From: Sphagnum compactum
Lineage: Eukaryota
DNA length: 64,000 nucleotides
Reading direction: 5' to 3'
NCBI GenBank assembly: GCA_965153455.1
Contig: OZ234493.1
Coordinates: 29,564,213-29,628,212, forward strand
Position 1 is the first letter of the stretch; each line of letters starts with the position of its first letter. Of the stretch, positions 41,856-54,082 are shown piece after piece. A program made the position numbers and the translations under genes. The notes beneath the pieces are model-generated. The model had not been told where the DNA came from. It did not search any database and saw only the letters and a program-made list of their open reading frames with translations.

Positions 41856-44800
41856 CTGCATGACACACCAAATGAGCTCCATTAGTATGACAGCAAGACA
41901 AGGTCATCAATTGATAGTGTAATCCACTTCCCTTGGATAAAGAATTTTCAGCCTTCCAGCAGTTTTTCGTTCTTGAGGGAAAGCCCTTCATTGTAGACAA
42001 ACTATATCTGAACTCACAAGTCACAGGATGGAATGCCCAGTAGACTACAGTTGGAGAATATACCCTGACAAACAGCTTCAAAAGTATTAAGAACTTCTCC
42101 ATGATACTTATGATCTACATCAACCTGAAGAGAACTAAGAGATGACCCAACAATAGTTCATAGAGATTTCAGATTGAACAATATATCAGTGAGAAGGATG
42201 GAAAACAGGAAAACCCGCCTGGTAAACAGAGAAAAGACTGAGTGGTTTGAACAATAACAACAGTCACAACATTGTCAACACCAAAATGTATGGTAGTGAC
42301 CAGCTACCCTAACATCCCTGCTGACTTCACCAGTTCCTCTCAGTGGGTGGAGGTCAATGTCAACATGCCCTGGCAAAGTGGAGCAATACTTCCATGATGG
42401 ATTGATTTGTTCTTGAAAGTCAGGACCACAGCAAACATTGATACAGAACAGAGTTTGAATGAACCTGGATTAGATTTTCAACACGCCTCCGCATCCTAGT
42501 GTGCATGAAAGCCTTTGAGCACTGCAATCAAAAATCCACTTCAGTACACTGTCTGCTTCAGCAGACCATCTGAAATATAACATCTTTTATCCAACCCTTT
42601 TAGCAAACCTTGGAACTGAGAATTCTACCACCTTCAATTACAATCCAGATTTGAGCCACAATCAGCCGCCTCACATGCATCTACAATCACATGAGGCTGA
42701 ACATTTCCTGCTTGTGGAAGCTACAGAAAAATACAGCTTCTCTTGCAACAGAGATAACTTTCAATCCAAGTGGTTCCACCAGGTGGGTGGGTCTCAGATG
42801 CAATTTGAAGGCAATAGATGGCATATGAGGATGTCCTTGTGGGGATGCACATAATTTGCATAAAAAAGCCTGCATATCAGGAGAAATTCTTCAAAAAATG
42901 AAAATGATCTATCAGGTTCAATCCTGGATTTCATGACAAACCTTGATATGATAACTGACATAAGCGTAAAAAGTTGAGAGGTTCCAAACAATTCTCTCCA
43001 GCTTGTCCGGTTCAACATGGCGGGGAAAGATCACTGCAGTCAACATACATCATCAATACATAGTCAAGAAGACAGTTGCATGGTTGAATGTGATCACAAC
43101 CTCTAAGAAAGTCAAGCAAGAAACCAGAGACATTTAGGGCCTAGGCTAGAACAAGGTGAGTGACGATTACTTCATGAGTACTGAAAACTTCTCCATGCTT
43201 ATGATTTAAGTGACCTGAATTGAGACATGACCGGATAATAAGGTTTGCGATATTTCAGACCTGAACATATCAGCAAACAGGAAAAAGAGGAAACATGACC
43301 CAAAAGAACACAGAGAACAACAATGAAACTGACAAGAAGTTTGTACAACAGCAACAGTCACCCCATGTTCAGAGACCTTACTAGCAACATTTATGGTATC
43401 AACCAGCTACCCATAACATCCTCACTGAATTTCATCAGCTCCCAGCAGTGGATGGAGGTCGATGCCACACAGTAACTTATGTATTGAGTTTGAGTCACAG
43501 GACTGGTAGTAACAGGAAAACTCAGCCATGATGCTGGCTTGTTCAAAAAAACCTAGAAGAGCAGGAGAAGACAAAGGAATCCAAGAAACCAGAACACAAA
43601 AAAACGAGACAGGAACAAAATCTAAGTAAGAAATGAGGAAGGAAAAAGAGGAAACAAGACAGAGAGCTATGAGAGCAAGATCTTTTGACAACAAAGTGGG
43701 GATTTGGAAAGCTCCCCACTTAGGATTAAGGTGAGTGACAACCATCATTACCCTACCAAGCTAAAGCAGTACAACATTAATGATGACTTCTGATGTCACC
43801 CCCTAGGACCGTGCAATTTGCATATTAAGACACCTCACCAGCACTTTGTCCAGACCTGATGCTTGCCGACAAGTCAGAATTACAACTAAAGCCTTCAGTT
43901 CGAAGACAAATATTCGAGAATTTAGCAAAAATTCCTCACAACCCAGATTACTTGTAAGACTGGACATCTGTTTATCTGCCCCAAGGTCCTGAAAGAAATG
44001 CCAAAGGAGACAAGACCAGAGTTGGCAACCAACACACAAGTGGCTGATCTTCAGCTTTAGAGTTGGAGATGGTAAGAGGAGTACCAAAAGAGACAAAACC
44101 AGAGTTGGCATCCAAAGCATGAGCAGGTGCTCCTTTCAGCTCTAGAGGTGGAGATGGTGACCACAGGCATGGTGGAGCAGTGCTAAGCCCTGCTGATCGC
44201 CTTGCCTCCATAAATTCCTGCCCAGCCCTCCTGTACACACATTACTTTTCCTCCCTCAATAGAGCCTTGACATTTAGCCCCATGCCTCCAAACTGAGTCA
44301 GTTGTAGAAGCCATGAGCTGCATCATTATGGCCAGTAGTGTGTAACATAGTTTCCTCTTATGCACTGTTCAAGAACATTTACATTTTGCCTAGGATTCAG
44401 TTCAGTGATGGATGATACCTGGCGCATCAACCAAGCAAAAGCAATCACCCAGTGTCCTGAGAATTTATGGATGAATTTTGTAAGCCTTTCTGTGAGTGAG
44501 CAATGATAGTGACAATTGATCCATGTTGAACATGTACCTGAACATGAGAACCCTAATTTTGGTGACCTAATTGTTTTAAGGAGCTCCTAGGGTGGGGTTT
44601 ATCTGTGGTATAGAAACCTGCAGGCAAAAGCTACAGCAACACTTCTAGTAACATGCAAGAACATCATCTCTGCAGCCTTACAATAAAGATCAGACTCACC
44701 TGCAGGAATGATGTTGCAAGCACAACATCATTGCTGTCCTTATACCGCATTGGAAAGACAACTGTTACTTTTTCAGCCTGCAAGTATCATCAGATTGTGC

Positions 44801-46760
44801 ATCATCTCAGAACTACTTTCACTGATATTCTCTACCTTATGTAGAAAGGATTCCAATCCATGCCATGGTGCAATTGAGCAAGAAAATCTCCTCTTTGCTC
44901 CCTTTCTTCTGATGCAGAAGTTCTGTGTTTGTGAGAGAATGCTAATTGAAATTTATATGTAGCAAATGTGTGAGATGGACCTTTTGTCAGTTTAAAGGAG
45001 ATTAGTTATACATTGATGCTTTTGACACTGTAAGTCATGTCTGGAGAGACTATACAATGCACCACATCATCATAAACAAGGTCACAAAAGTGGTCCCAAG
45101 AAATGCAAATTTTGCATGCACAGATGTGACTGCAGAAAGTTGGGCTTCTGCAGTGCCAACTTATGCCAAAATACCAGTAGATTTTTAAGCAGTGGGATTT
45201 TCTCTCCAAAGGCACATGCACAGGTAAAGGTGCAGGTTTCTCTCCAGAATTTCTTTATCATTGCCATGAAAAAGTGTCCCCAATGAAGGTGAACACAACA
45301 AAATCCATACACAAGGTCCAAATCCACATTGAGGTGGGATACCTACCTGTGGGATTAGGAAATATGACTGCCGTGGGCGATGCAATAGGGCAACAAGATT
45401 ATCAGCATCAGGAGCAACAGTTCTTGAAGCCAAATGCTTCAAAATCTCCCGAAGTGGTGCCCCTAGCACTATTGTTCGCAACGAAGCCACTTTCGTCATC
45501 TGCTGCATGCGATCCACTGCCCAATCCCAACCCTCCAAACCATCAGTGAAAAATTCCTAGGGTTTTCTTCTATCTGAGGCCAGCACTTTGAAAACCATTG
45601 TCACCTATTACTGTGAAATAACCCATACAAGTGCAGCAAGGATAGAGACAGGAGGATGGACATGGCAGGGGGTTTGTGGTTTTGTACATACCTTCAGTTC
45701 CAGCAAGTTTAGTTAAGTCCAACCGGATTGTTAGATGAAAGCCTGCCTCTGGGGGGTCGAACACTTGAATAAGTGGCCCATATGCAGCATTAACAGCCTC
45801 CATTGCACCAAAAGGAAGACCACCTGAGAAAACAGTCTCAGGTGGTGGTGGAGGCAAAGCAATTGACAAAAGCACATGTTGAGGATCCTTTGCTGAAGCC
45901 TGCATTCATTCAGCCCCATCAGATCACACCACAAATCTGCAAATGCCCAAAGGCAAAAAGATTGGCCTCATGACCTTTCAATTATTCTTTGGCACAGAAG
46001 CTTACAATCATAGCCTGACTCCAATAATGCTTAGATGGAAGGATCTGATCACATGGAAAAAATGGAAAGTTCAGAGGTACTTAAGAAACCCTAAGCAAAG
46101 TAGAATTTTTGTTTTCCTTTTCAGACTGTCAGCCTAACACTCAAAATCCATCTTCAATATAGGGTTGTGACTCTGAAAAGCTCAGACAAAAGTCTGACAG
46201 AGGTTGAGGCAGCAAGTATTTGCAATAAGCAATACCTGAATGTGATACCGCACATCATCAAACTCCACAAGATGAAAATCCACCTCTGCAGGCTTCTCCA
46301 TACTACCACAACACAGTAAGAGAGATTAGAATGCAATCAGAGTTTTGGAGAGATATTGTCTCGAAAAAATTTCATTTTCTGGTTGTCTTACTGCTGATTA
46401 GGGTTATGCTTGCGCATAACTGAAGCAGAACAGAACTCACAAACCAGGAAATCCCTAAAAATTAGGAAAAAGAAGAAGCCCAAACACGGATTGATTTCCT
46501 GGTCCTCGAATGATTGAAAGGATCAAATGCAACCCTCTCAAGAAATCACGTCACACAGAGGTGTGTCAACATTCTGGGGTTCTTGAGATTTCGAAAACCA
46601 GGACAGATTTCAAATGAGGAAGCGGGGAAGATTCTAGGGTGCGTGCACGCACGGGTGTGGTGAAAGATGATGATGATGAGAGATTAAATAGTACTTACTT
46701 CTTCAGGCGCGTATGAAGAACCTGCTGCAGCACACGCGAAGGACCCTCCAACAGAATCAT
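41778..46760 (-). CDS. ARPC2: Actin-related protein 2/3 complex subunit 2 (plant ARPC2A-like), 9 coding exons, 945 nt / 314 aa
   Basis: Manually spliced with GT-AG introns: 46760-46699, 46302-46236, 45899-45692, 45516-45347, 44777-44700, 44217-44085, 43033-42942, 42521-42465, 41855-41778. The joined frame is open: MILLEGPSRVLQQVLHTRLKNMEKPAEVDFHLVEFDDVRYHIQ...KVTVVFPMRYKDSNDVVLATSFLQEFMEARR...VIFPRHVE...[34 protein letters not shown]...FKRLI*. These are the diagnostic ARPC2/p34-Arc motifs. Confidence 0.96.
42465..42521 (-). CDS. ARPC2: ARPC2 exon 8
   Basis: [19 protein letters not shown]. Confidence 0.93.
42942..43033 (-). CDS. ARPC2: ARPC2 exon 7
   Basis: VIFPRHVEPDKLERIVWNLSTFYAYVSYHIK. 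Confidence 0.93.
44085..44217 (-). CDS. ARPC2: ARPC2 exon 6
   Basis: EFMEARRSAGLSTAPPCLWSPSPPLELKGAPAHALDANSGFVSF. Confidence 0.93.
44700..44777 (-). CDS. ARPC2: ARPC2 exon 5
   Basis: AEKVTVVFPMRYKDSNDVVLATSFLQ, with CAG acceptor and GTGAG donor. Confidence 0.93.
45347..45516 (-). CDS. ARPC2: ARPC2 exon 4
   Basis: KVASLRTIVLGAPLREILKHLASR...HRPRQSYFLIPQ. The acceptor was chosen to keep the reading phase. Confidence 0.88.
45692..45899 (-). CDS. ARPC2: ARPC2 exon 3
   Basis: ASAKDPQHVLLSIALPPPPPETVFSGGLPFGAMEAVNAAYG...LDLTKL. Confidence 0.92.
46236..46302 (-). CDS. ARPC2: ARPC2 exon 2
   Basis: MEKPAEVDFHLVEFDDVRYHIQ, flanked by AG and GT. Confidence 0.9.
46699..46760 (-). CDS. ARPC2: ARPC2 coding exon 1
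   Basis: ATG at 46760, MILLEGPSRVLQQVLHTRLK, GTAAGT donor. Confidence 0.9.
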
Positions 46761-47095
46761 TGTCTGAGTCTTTTTCTCTGTCTCTGTGTATCTGTATCTG
46801 TATCTCTCTCTCACGCTCCTTCTTCTCTCTTTTTTTCCTATTACTCTCTCTCTTTCTCTCACTCTCTCTCTTTGATTTTTTTCCCTCTTTGTTCTTTCCC
46901 TTTTTTTCTCTATTCTCTTTTTGTTTGCCACTCACAGCAATGTGGTCATATCCCTCCCGCTGCTTGCTGCCTTCTGCTCGCTCCCTCGCTCGCTTGATCT
47001 GCGTTGCTGTACAACGCAGACAGGCGCACAAGAGACGCGACGCGCGTACACTCTCTCTCCTCGTTCTGTTTTTCTGTGTCGCAGCTTGGAGAAAA
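46761..47095 (-). promoter_or_regulatory. ARPC2 5'UTR / proximal promoter, GA-repeat rich with a CpG-rich stretch
   Basis: (GA)n-rich tract on the sense strand directly upstream of the ATG, and a CG-rich stretch at 46950-47050. This is typical of plant gene 5' ends. The transcription start is not determined. Confidence 0.55.
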
Positions 47096-47098
47096 GTC

Positions 47099-47595
47099 TC
47101 ACGTCCTAATCCACGCTGTCAGAATCTTAGGTCTCAAACCCACGTCCTGATCCACGCTCTCAGACTCTTACGTCTCAAGCTCAGGTCCTGATCCACGCTC
47201 TCTGAATCTTATGTCTCAACAAATCCACGTCCTATTCCACGCTGTCAGAATATTACATCTCAAAACCCACGTGCTGATCCATGCTGTCAGAATCTTGTGT
47301 CTTAACAAATCCACGTCCTATTCCATACTCTCAGAATCTTTGGGTCTCAAACTCACATGCTGATCCATGCTGCTCAGAATCTTAGGTCTCAAAGCCACGT
47401 CTTAATCCACACTATCAGAATCTTAGGTCTCAAACCCATGTCCTAATGTAGGCCATAAACCTGTTAAGTTTTTCAAAAATCCATGTCCTAATCCACGCTG
47501 TCAGGAACCTCAGATCTCAAAACACAATGTCCTACTGCTTACTGTCAGAATCTCAGGTCTCAAAATCCATGTGTCAAAGATTCAGGTCTTAAAAG
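47099..47595. repeat. Minisatellite, ~11-12 degenerate copies of a 41-44 bp unit (consensus ~CCACGTCCTAATCCACGCTGTCAGAATCTTAGGTCTCAAA)
   Basis: Units are directly visible, starting near 47099, 47140, 47183, 47225, 47267, 47311, 47395 and 47481. Confidence 0.92.
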
Positions 47596-49199
47596 AGTGT
47601 TGTGCTGGTATATAGAGGGTCTGACAAGGGTATGAATGAGACCATAGACAACATACCTGCCACCAGTTCTTGATTTCAAAAGAACCTTGGGTCTTGATTT
47701 TAGCTCTTTTCTTTGTCTTTTGATGGAACAAGTCCACTCTTAAGACCAAGTTTGGTTCCATCTCCATTACACACAACTAAACCAAATAATAATAATTACG
47801 TAATATTAGAATATCCAACTAGTCCACATAGTTCCAAAAAAAAATATGTTAAAAAAATTATTTATAAATCAAATGCAATAATTTGCTTATAATATAAGGT
47901 CAAATTCATATATGTTTAACAAAGTTGTATTTATCTATTTAGAGAACCTAAAACAATTTAAAATGAGATAGCACCTCAAGTCCAAGTTCTAATTCTATTT
48001 TCAAAAAGAGGTCTGTAGTTGCTCAATTAGGTTCCAATGGCAACTCCAACAAAATTTGGAACTTTTGGTCCAAAGATCTTAAAACTTGATCTATAATTTG
48101 GACCTAAACTTGCATAAGTCTTAGAACTAATCAACATTTGTGTAAACCTAATGTGGCCAAGGCTCAAGGAATATTGTGAATTAGGGTTTTTTAATATTCA
48201 AAATCCCCTTCAAAATAGAGTAGCTTGATTTTGATGTTAAGGAAACTGTGTATTAGAAAAGTGATACTAAGAGCTAGTAGGTGAGCTTAATTGGGCAAAC
48301 TTTTTGGCATATTGGGAGTAATAACTAGCATTCAATGTTGGCTCCTTGGCATAAAGGTTTGAACTAATTGCTTAGGCATGTTTTAAAATAGATTGTTAGG
48401 TTTTTAAATAGTTTAAACAAATAAGAAACAACATAATCTACCATTGCCAACCTATGAAAATATTGAAATTCGAAAACCTTTCGAATTGGTAGGTTTAGAC
48501 CTTTATGCTTGTTACACTTGTACTTGTTGCCATGCAAATTATGCTTGCTATGACCTATAGCTTGTAGAGTTTCATAGCAATCCATTGAAGTCCAAAATAT
48601 TGCTTGCACAAGCATAACATGGTTAAGTTTAAAATGGTTGAATATAGATGTTGTGACTATTGCAATGAGGAAAGGAAGTGCGAATCATTTTAGTAGTTAT
48701 GTTTGGTGAATGCAACAACAACGTTATTAGGGTAGTCGTCCTATCATTTCTATGCATTCAATTTGGTTTGGTAGTTTGTTGAAAACACATGTGATAACAT
48801 GAATAAAGGATGATGTGTATAATGTGAATGAAATTAGTGTTTGTTCAATAAGACGTGTCCATTTTCTTTGTGCCTATAATGGTTGGTGTCAATCACCTAT
48901 TTCAACATTGTTCCAATTGTCATCATGATCACAATCTTGATGTGTGGATGTAGTTGATGAAATAAGGTAGTCTTGTGAATATGAATCTTATGTTCATAAT
49001 TGCATGGGTGATTTTGGATTTATAGAAGATTTGATGTTTTTATATTGCCAAGACATGTGGAGCCATTTTTAGCATTTGATTACCATGGCTCCAATCTCTT
49101 GTTTGGATACGGACAAGTTCAATATCAAGTTTCCAAATTGTAAGTAGTTAACATATTCATAGGCCATGTTGTACAAATCCATGGACAAATTTGTGTTAC

Positions 49200-50770
49200 T
49201 TTTCCATACTTGTGCCAACTAGTGTTTGTTTGATTTGTGAATGTCTCATATTGGATTCAACAATTTTGCATTAGTTGTGAACTTCGTTAATAATGCACAA
49301 ATTCTTAGACATTTGATAAATTGTTGGTCTTTTTAAAGCCCTTTGCCTTCATTTTATAATGATTGTTAATTTGATACAAATCATGAAACCATAGTTAGCC
49401 CAATTCAAACTCAAACATAAGATTATTATATATATGTGAAGGATGAGAGCTTGAATTTGAATATCTTAACATCATTTTTCCTTGATATTTTGTTTGTTTA
49501 TAAACCATTGTAGTTAAAAATACCACTTGCAAAAAATTATTTTGAAATTTGAACTTGCATTGTTTAAGGCTTGTTAACATGCCACAAATGATGTTAGAGT
49601 GTGTGTTGACATGAAGAAAATATCATTGATGGATGGTCAACCATATTTACAAAAAATAATAACCTCGACTAAGAAATTTAGAAAGGGTCAACAAGAATTA
49701 GACAAGGCTTGCATTGAAGCTAAATTGCTTATGAAAAGTTTACAAATGTTAATGAAAACAAGGTTTGTGAGAAGGTTTTCCTTTTCCATGAAACTCCAAG
49801 GTATGCTCATGTAATATTTATTATTACTAACAATCCTTGCACATGCAAGCAAGGGTGCTTATTGAGTTGACTTGGGCCATTGCATGGGATGGGGTGCATA
49901 TTTGAAGAAAAATTGTGGAACAATGTGTTTTAAATTAAATAAAAAGACTATTGGTTCTTGTTTGATGCCATGAATGCTATTATTACTAAATCCATGAAAC
50001 TTAGGGCTAACTTCAAGCATTGAGCTATGTGTATGCCCTTTTTACATTGCAATTTGATGATGAACTCAAAATCCTCCATGGTTGCATGACTCCAAAAGCG
50101 ACCAATATGCTAGCCTTTTTTTACTTTTTTAAATACTTTTACAATTGTTCATGTTCATAACATGTTGGCCATAATGTTGAACTTCGAGTTCAAACAATGA
50201 AATTGTATAACAAACTATTTTGGTTGTGAAAAGCCCAAATTATTGCTAATAAAATGTGACAAAAAAAAATCAATCCCCATCCTTGTGAAAAGGATTCCTC
50301 AATCCATCTAGTCAAGTATCCCTCCACTTCCATATTGACCATTTGATTCATTTGTGATACTACAATTTTAGGTGAAAAGTCAAATGAGAGATTGTTTATG
50401 ATTGAATTTTTTTTCATTGTCATGTTGTGAACTTCAATAATCATGTAAGGTCACCTATTCTAGTGGAAAGAACAATTATAGGTTATACTCCCAATGTCAT
50501 CTTCCTTGTAAGACAAATATTGGCAATTCTTAGTTCTCAAATTGGGACAAAAAGGATCTTATCAATTGTCAAAATCTTAATTAATTTGCATCAATGTGAC
50601 TTGGATTCACAAATCTAATTAATCTCATCATGTTATAATAATATTGGCCAATGGATGCCCCAATTGGGTGTTACCTTGCAAATAAGGATTTGGGTAGTTC
50701 TTCACTTTTGAGATGAACCTTCTTGATGCCCATAACAACAAATTGGACGATTTTGACTACTTTGAGGAGA
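49200..50770 (+). mobile_element. Decayed hAT transposase between ARPC2 and the HINT pseudogene
   Basis: FDL*MS...FALVVNF (~49230-49290), VKDE (~49436), KAC..ATND (~49567), LQKIITSTKKFRKGQQELDKAC, MKTRF and FLVRQILAILSSQIGTKRILS (hAT dimerisation domain, ~50500-50565). Confidence 0.8.
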
Positions 50771-51863
50771 AGTTATAGTGATTATTACATTTTAGTCATG
50801 TGTCATCACAATTGTAGTTTCCATTTTAAGTTTGTCTTTACCAACTATCTTTAACGTTTGCATGGCACACACTTCTACTTTCTTGATTCATTGTAATTTG
50901 AGATGCGGTTTCAATCATGTTAAAGTTGGAACATGTATCCAATGATTTCAAAGACTATAATTTCTTGTAATCAACATCAATTTGATGTTCCTTATGTTTA
51001 TGCACAACCCTAACAAATTTTTGTTTGAGTATGTTGATCTAGTTATGCAAATGTGTAGAGTTCATAAGGTGTGTATACTATGGACTAAGTAATTGACAAG
51101 AGCAACACGTAGGTTATCATGAATAGTTGAGGTGTGTGAGCACTAAGACTATTCAGGATAACCTCACACACCTTGTGTATTCACAGTAACCAATGTGCTC
51201 GAGCTGGTTACTAGTAGACATAGCCAATTGCATGAGATCATCAAGCTTATGGGTTATGGGATAGAAGAGTGTGAGCTATGAGGTTCAACTTGCAAACCAA
51301 TGACTAAGAACGTGCAAAAAAATTTGAGAAGGTACAAAAATGTTAGAAGGCAACGACAAAGAAAGCAACAAGATATGCAACATATTTGAGGAGCTCTTGT
51401 TCAATGGCATGATGCCATGTTAGTGAGACACTCCCTGCAATTTGTTATTTACCTAATCATTGGTAGTAAACTTGAGTATGTAAATTTTGTTTTTGTTTGT
51501 GTGCAGGAATGTATGTTGTACGTATTTTATATACTGTATTGAATGAACAAGTACGTCCTGACCGTATTATACGTGACGCTTCCCAAGCTCGAACCCTCTC
51601 GGGTCGTCGTCGTCGTCCTCGCGGCTTCTGCCTTGGTTCACGATTCTCGTGGCTCTGCTTTCATCATTTGACGAGTTGGAGATGGTTTCGAATGCGCAGC
51701 ATATGAGTATACAATAATTGGAATCCAATTTTGTAGCTACTAGATGAGTGTAATTGTAAGTTTGTGCAATTGGCGTAGTGATCGCGGGCTTTGCAAGAAG
51801 GAGAGAGAGAGAATACCTACATACCACCACCACCACCCAAGAACATATCATTATCCATCACGC

Positions 51864-52219
<356 letters not shown>

Positions 52220-54044
52220 ATCTGTTCACCCCACCTTCTTCTTCTTCTTCTTCTTCTTCTTCTCCTCTCTCTGTCTTTCTCTCTCTGTACACTCTGAGGC
52301 TGAGAACTGGTGTAAATTTGAAGGACTCTCTTGTTGACTTGTGGGCTTCAAAGGGCTGTCAAGGAGTTTCTCTTATGTAATCTCACAGCCATGTTATATC
52401 TTTTGGTCTCTAGTACTTGATGCAATGGGGATGTAATGGCAGGTATTTTTTGGTTGTTTTTCCTCCTCTTCTCAGCACATTCTTGATTTTGCACAGTTTA
52501 TAGAAGTTCTTTTCAGCCAAGGATGAGGAGTCTTGAGCTTGTAGTGCACTTTGTAGATGGGACAGCAATGCGCTACTGTGGTTGGATGGTAAGTAGGTTT
52601 GCAGAAATGGGGGTTGTTTGATCTAACTCTCAACCCTAAACCACCACCATAGCTGCAATCAATTTCTGGACAAAAATCTCACTGCAGTCATGCAGTGATT
52701 GGTGGGTTTTGACGAAATTTGTATCCATGGTTTTTTATCTTATAAAACCGTCAAACGATTGCTTCTGAACCATGAGAGGGTTCCCATCATTGTGGCAGCA
52801 CATTTGCTGCCCTTGATTCCGCTTGATGGGAACCACATGAGAGGAGCAAGAGATGTTGGTGCTATGCAGGGAATGCCTACAATGGCCCTGCACCATACTA
52901 TCAGGACAAATTCCACAGCAAACAGGTAAAAATAGAAACCTTCTAGGCCACCCTGATTTTCACAGCTATAGCGCCATTCAATTTGCTGATGTCTCCCAGA
53001 ACAGTATAACTGAATATAAGATAAAACCTTGAGTTGCCCATCCATTTTCTTTGCATTAAATTGCAAAATATTTTTCTAACAATGTTAAAACAAATCAAGC
53101 TTTGCAATTAACTGTATAACATCAAAACTCATCAACATTTTGTACTGGCACAACCTACAAGTCCTACCCTAGACACTCTGTGTCTTATTATGTATTAGCA
53201 TGTTGACCAAAATTCCTGGCAAATTGGTGCATGGCCAGCATCAGGGCAGTGCAAAAGGAAGCACTTGTGGCCAAGCTCTACATACATATATTTACATCCA
53301 TTTGAGATACAATACACCTTGTAATGAATTGATCCTAGGATGGGGCTTGCTCTTCTCAGTTGCTAAACTTACTGGCAAAAGTACAATGGTATATTCATTG
53401 ATCATCCATGTGAAATCTCCAGTGCTACTCAGCATTCGAGTTTCTGTTCAATAAATACTTGCACAAAATGACCAAAGTAAGAATAATGTACCAGTAACTT
53501 CCACAGTTGTGCTCATGGCCCCTGCATATCTTAAATCACCCTACTGTATCTAGTGTACTCAATTGCCAGCCAACCCAAGTATTTGTTGCAGGCTCCATCA
53601 GTCAAAGCCAAACTCACATCCTGCCAAATTCCCTGCTTGGGCCACACCCCATCTCTTCTCTACAAATACTCACCCATATGCAGGGTATGGTGGAGAGCCC
53701 ACATATGGATAGGATGAGGTTTCATACACCTGGCTTTTGCTGGACCTTGCGAGCATCTTGTCCATGCTTTCTGTTATAAGATGCAACCCCAGTATCTGAG
53801 TATGATTCATAAACTGAAGGGTGGTAGTGTGAGATATCTGAATCTGTGTGATCATAAGGCAAACTATCAGTGTATGATGGCTCAGATTGGGTGTATGAGT
53901 GACCATATCCTGTTGGAAGAGGTTGCTGGTAGCACATATGTGCTTCATTATGTAGAAACTCTTTGTGTTGTTCGGCCTGTTTTGCACGCAACTGTGTCAT
54001 CTTCTACTGATACCGCTCCTGTATCTCTCTCAAAACCTGCACAC

Positions 54045-54047
<3 letters not shown>

Positions 54048-54080
<33 letters not shown>
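54048..54080. repeat. (CA)n microsatellite just upstream of the last-exon splice acceptor of the CCHC/KH gene
   Basis: Direct reading. Confidence 0.9.

Positions 54081-54082
<2 letters not shown>

Noticed and set aside
44401..44463. GTGATGG...CTGA box C/D-like motif
   Set aside because: It is antisense to the host gene, has an imperfect C box and has no recognisable guide.
46684..47191. Several 60-143 aa ORFs upstream of and overlapping ARPC2 exon 1
   Set aside because: These are low-complexity translations of GA/CT repeats. Only the last 62 nt form the real exon.
47099..47595. CRISPR-like array
   Set aside because: Whole units are degenerate copies with no unique spacers, no cas genes are present, and the context is eukaryotic.
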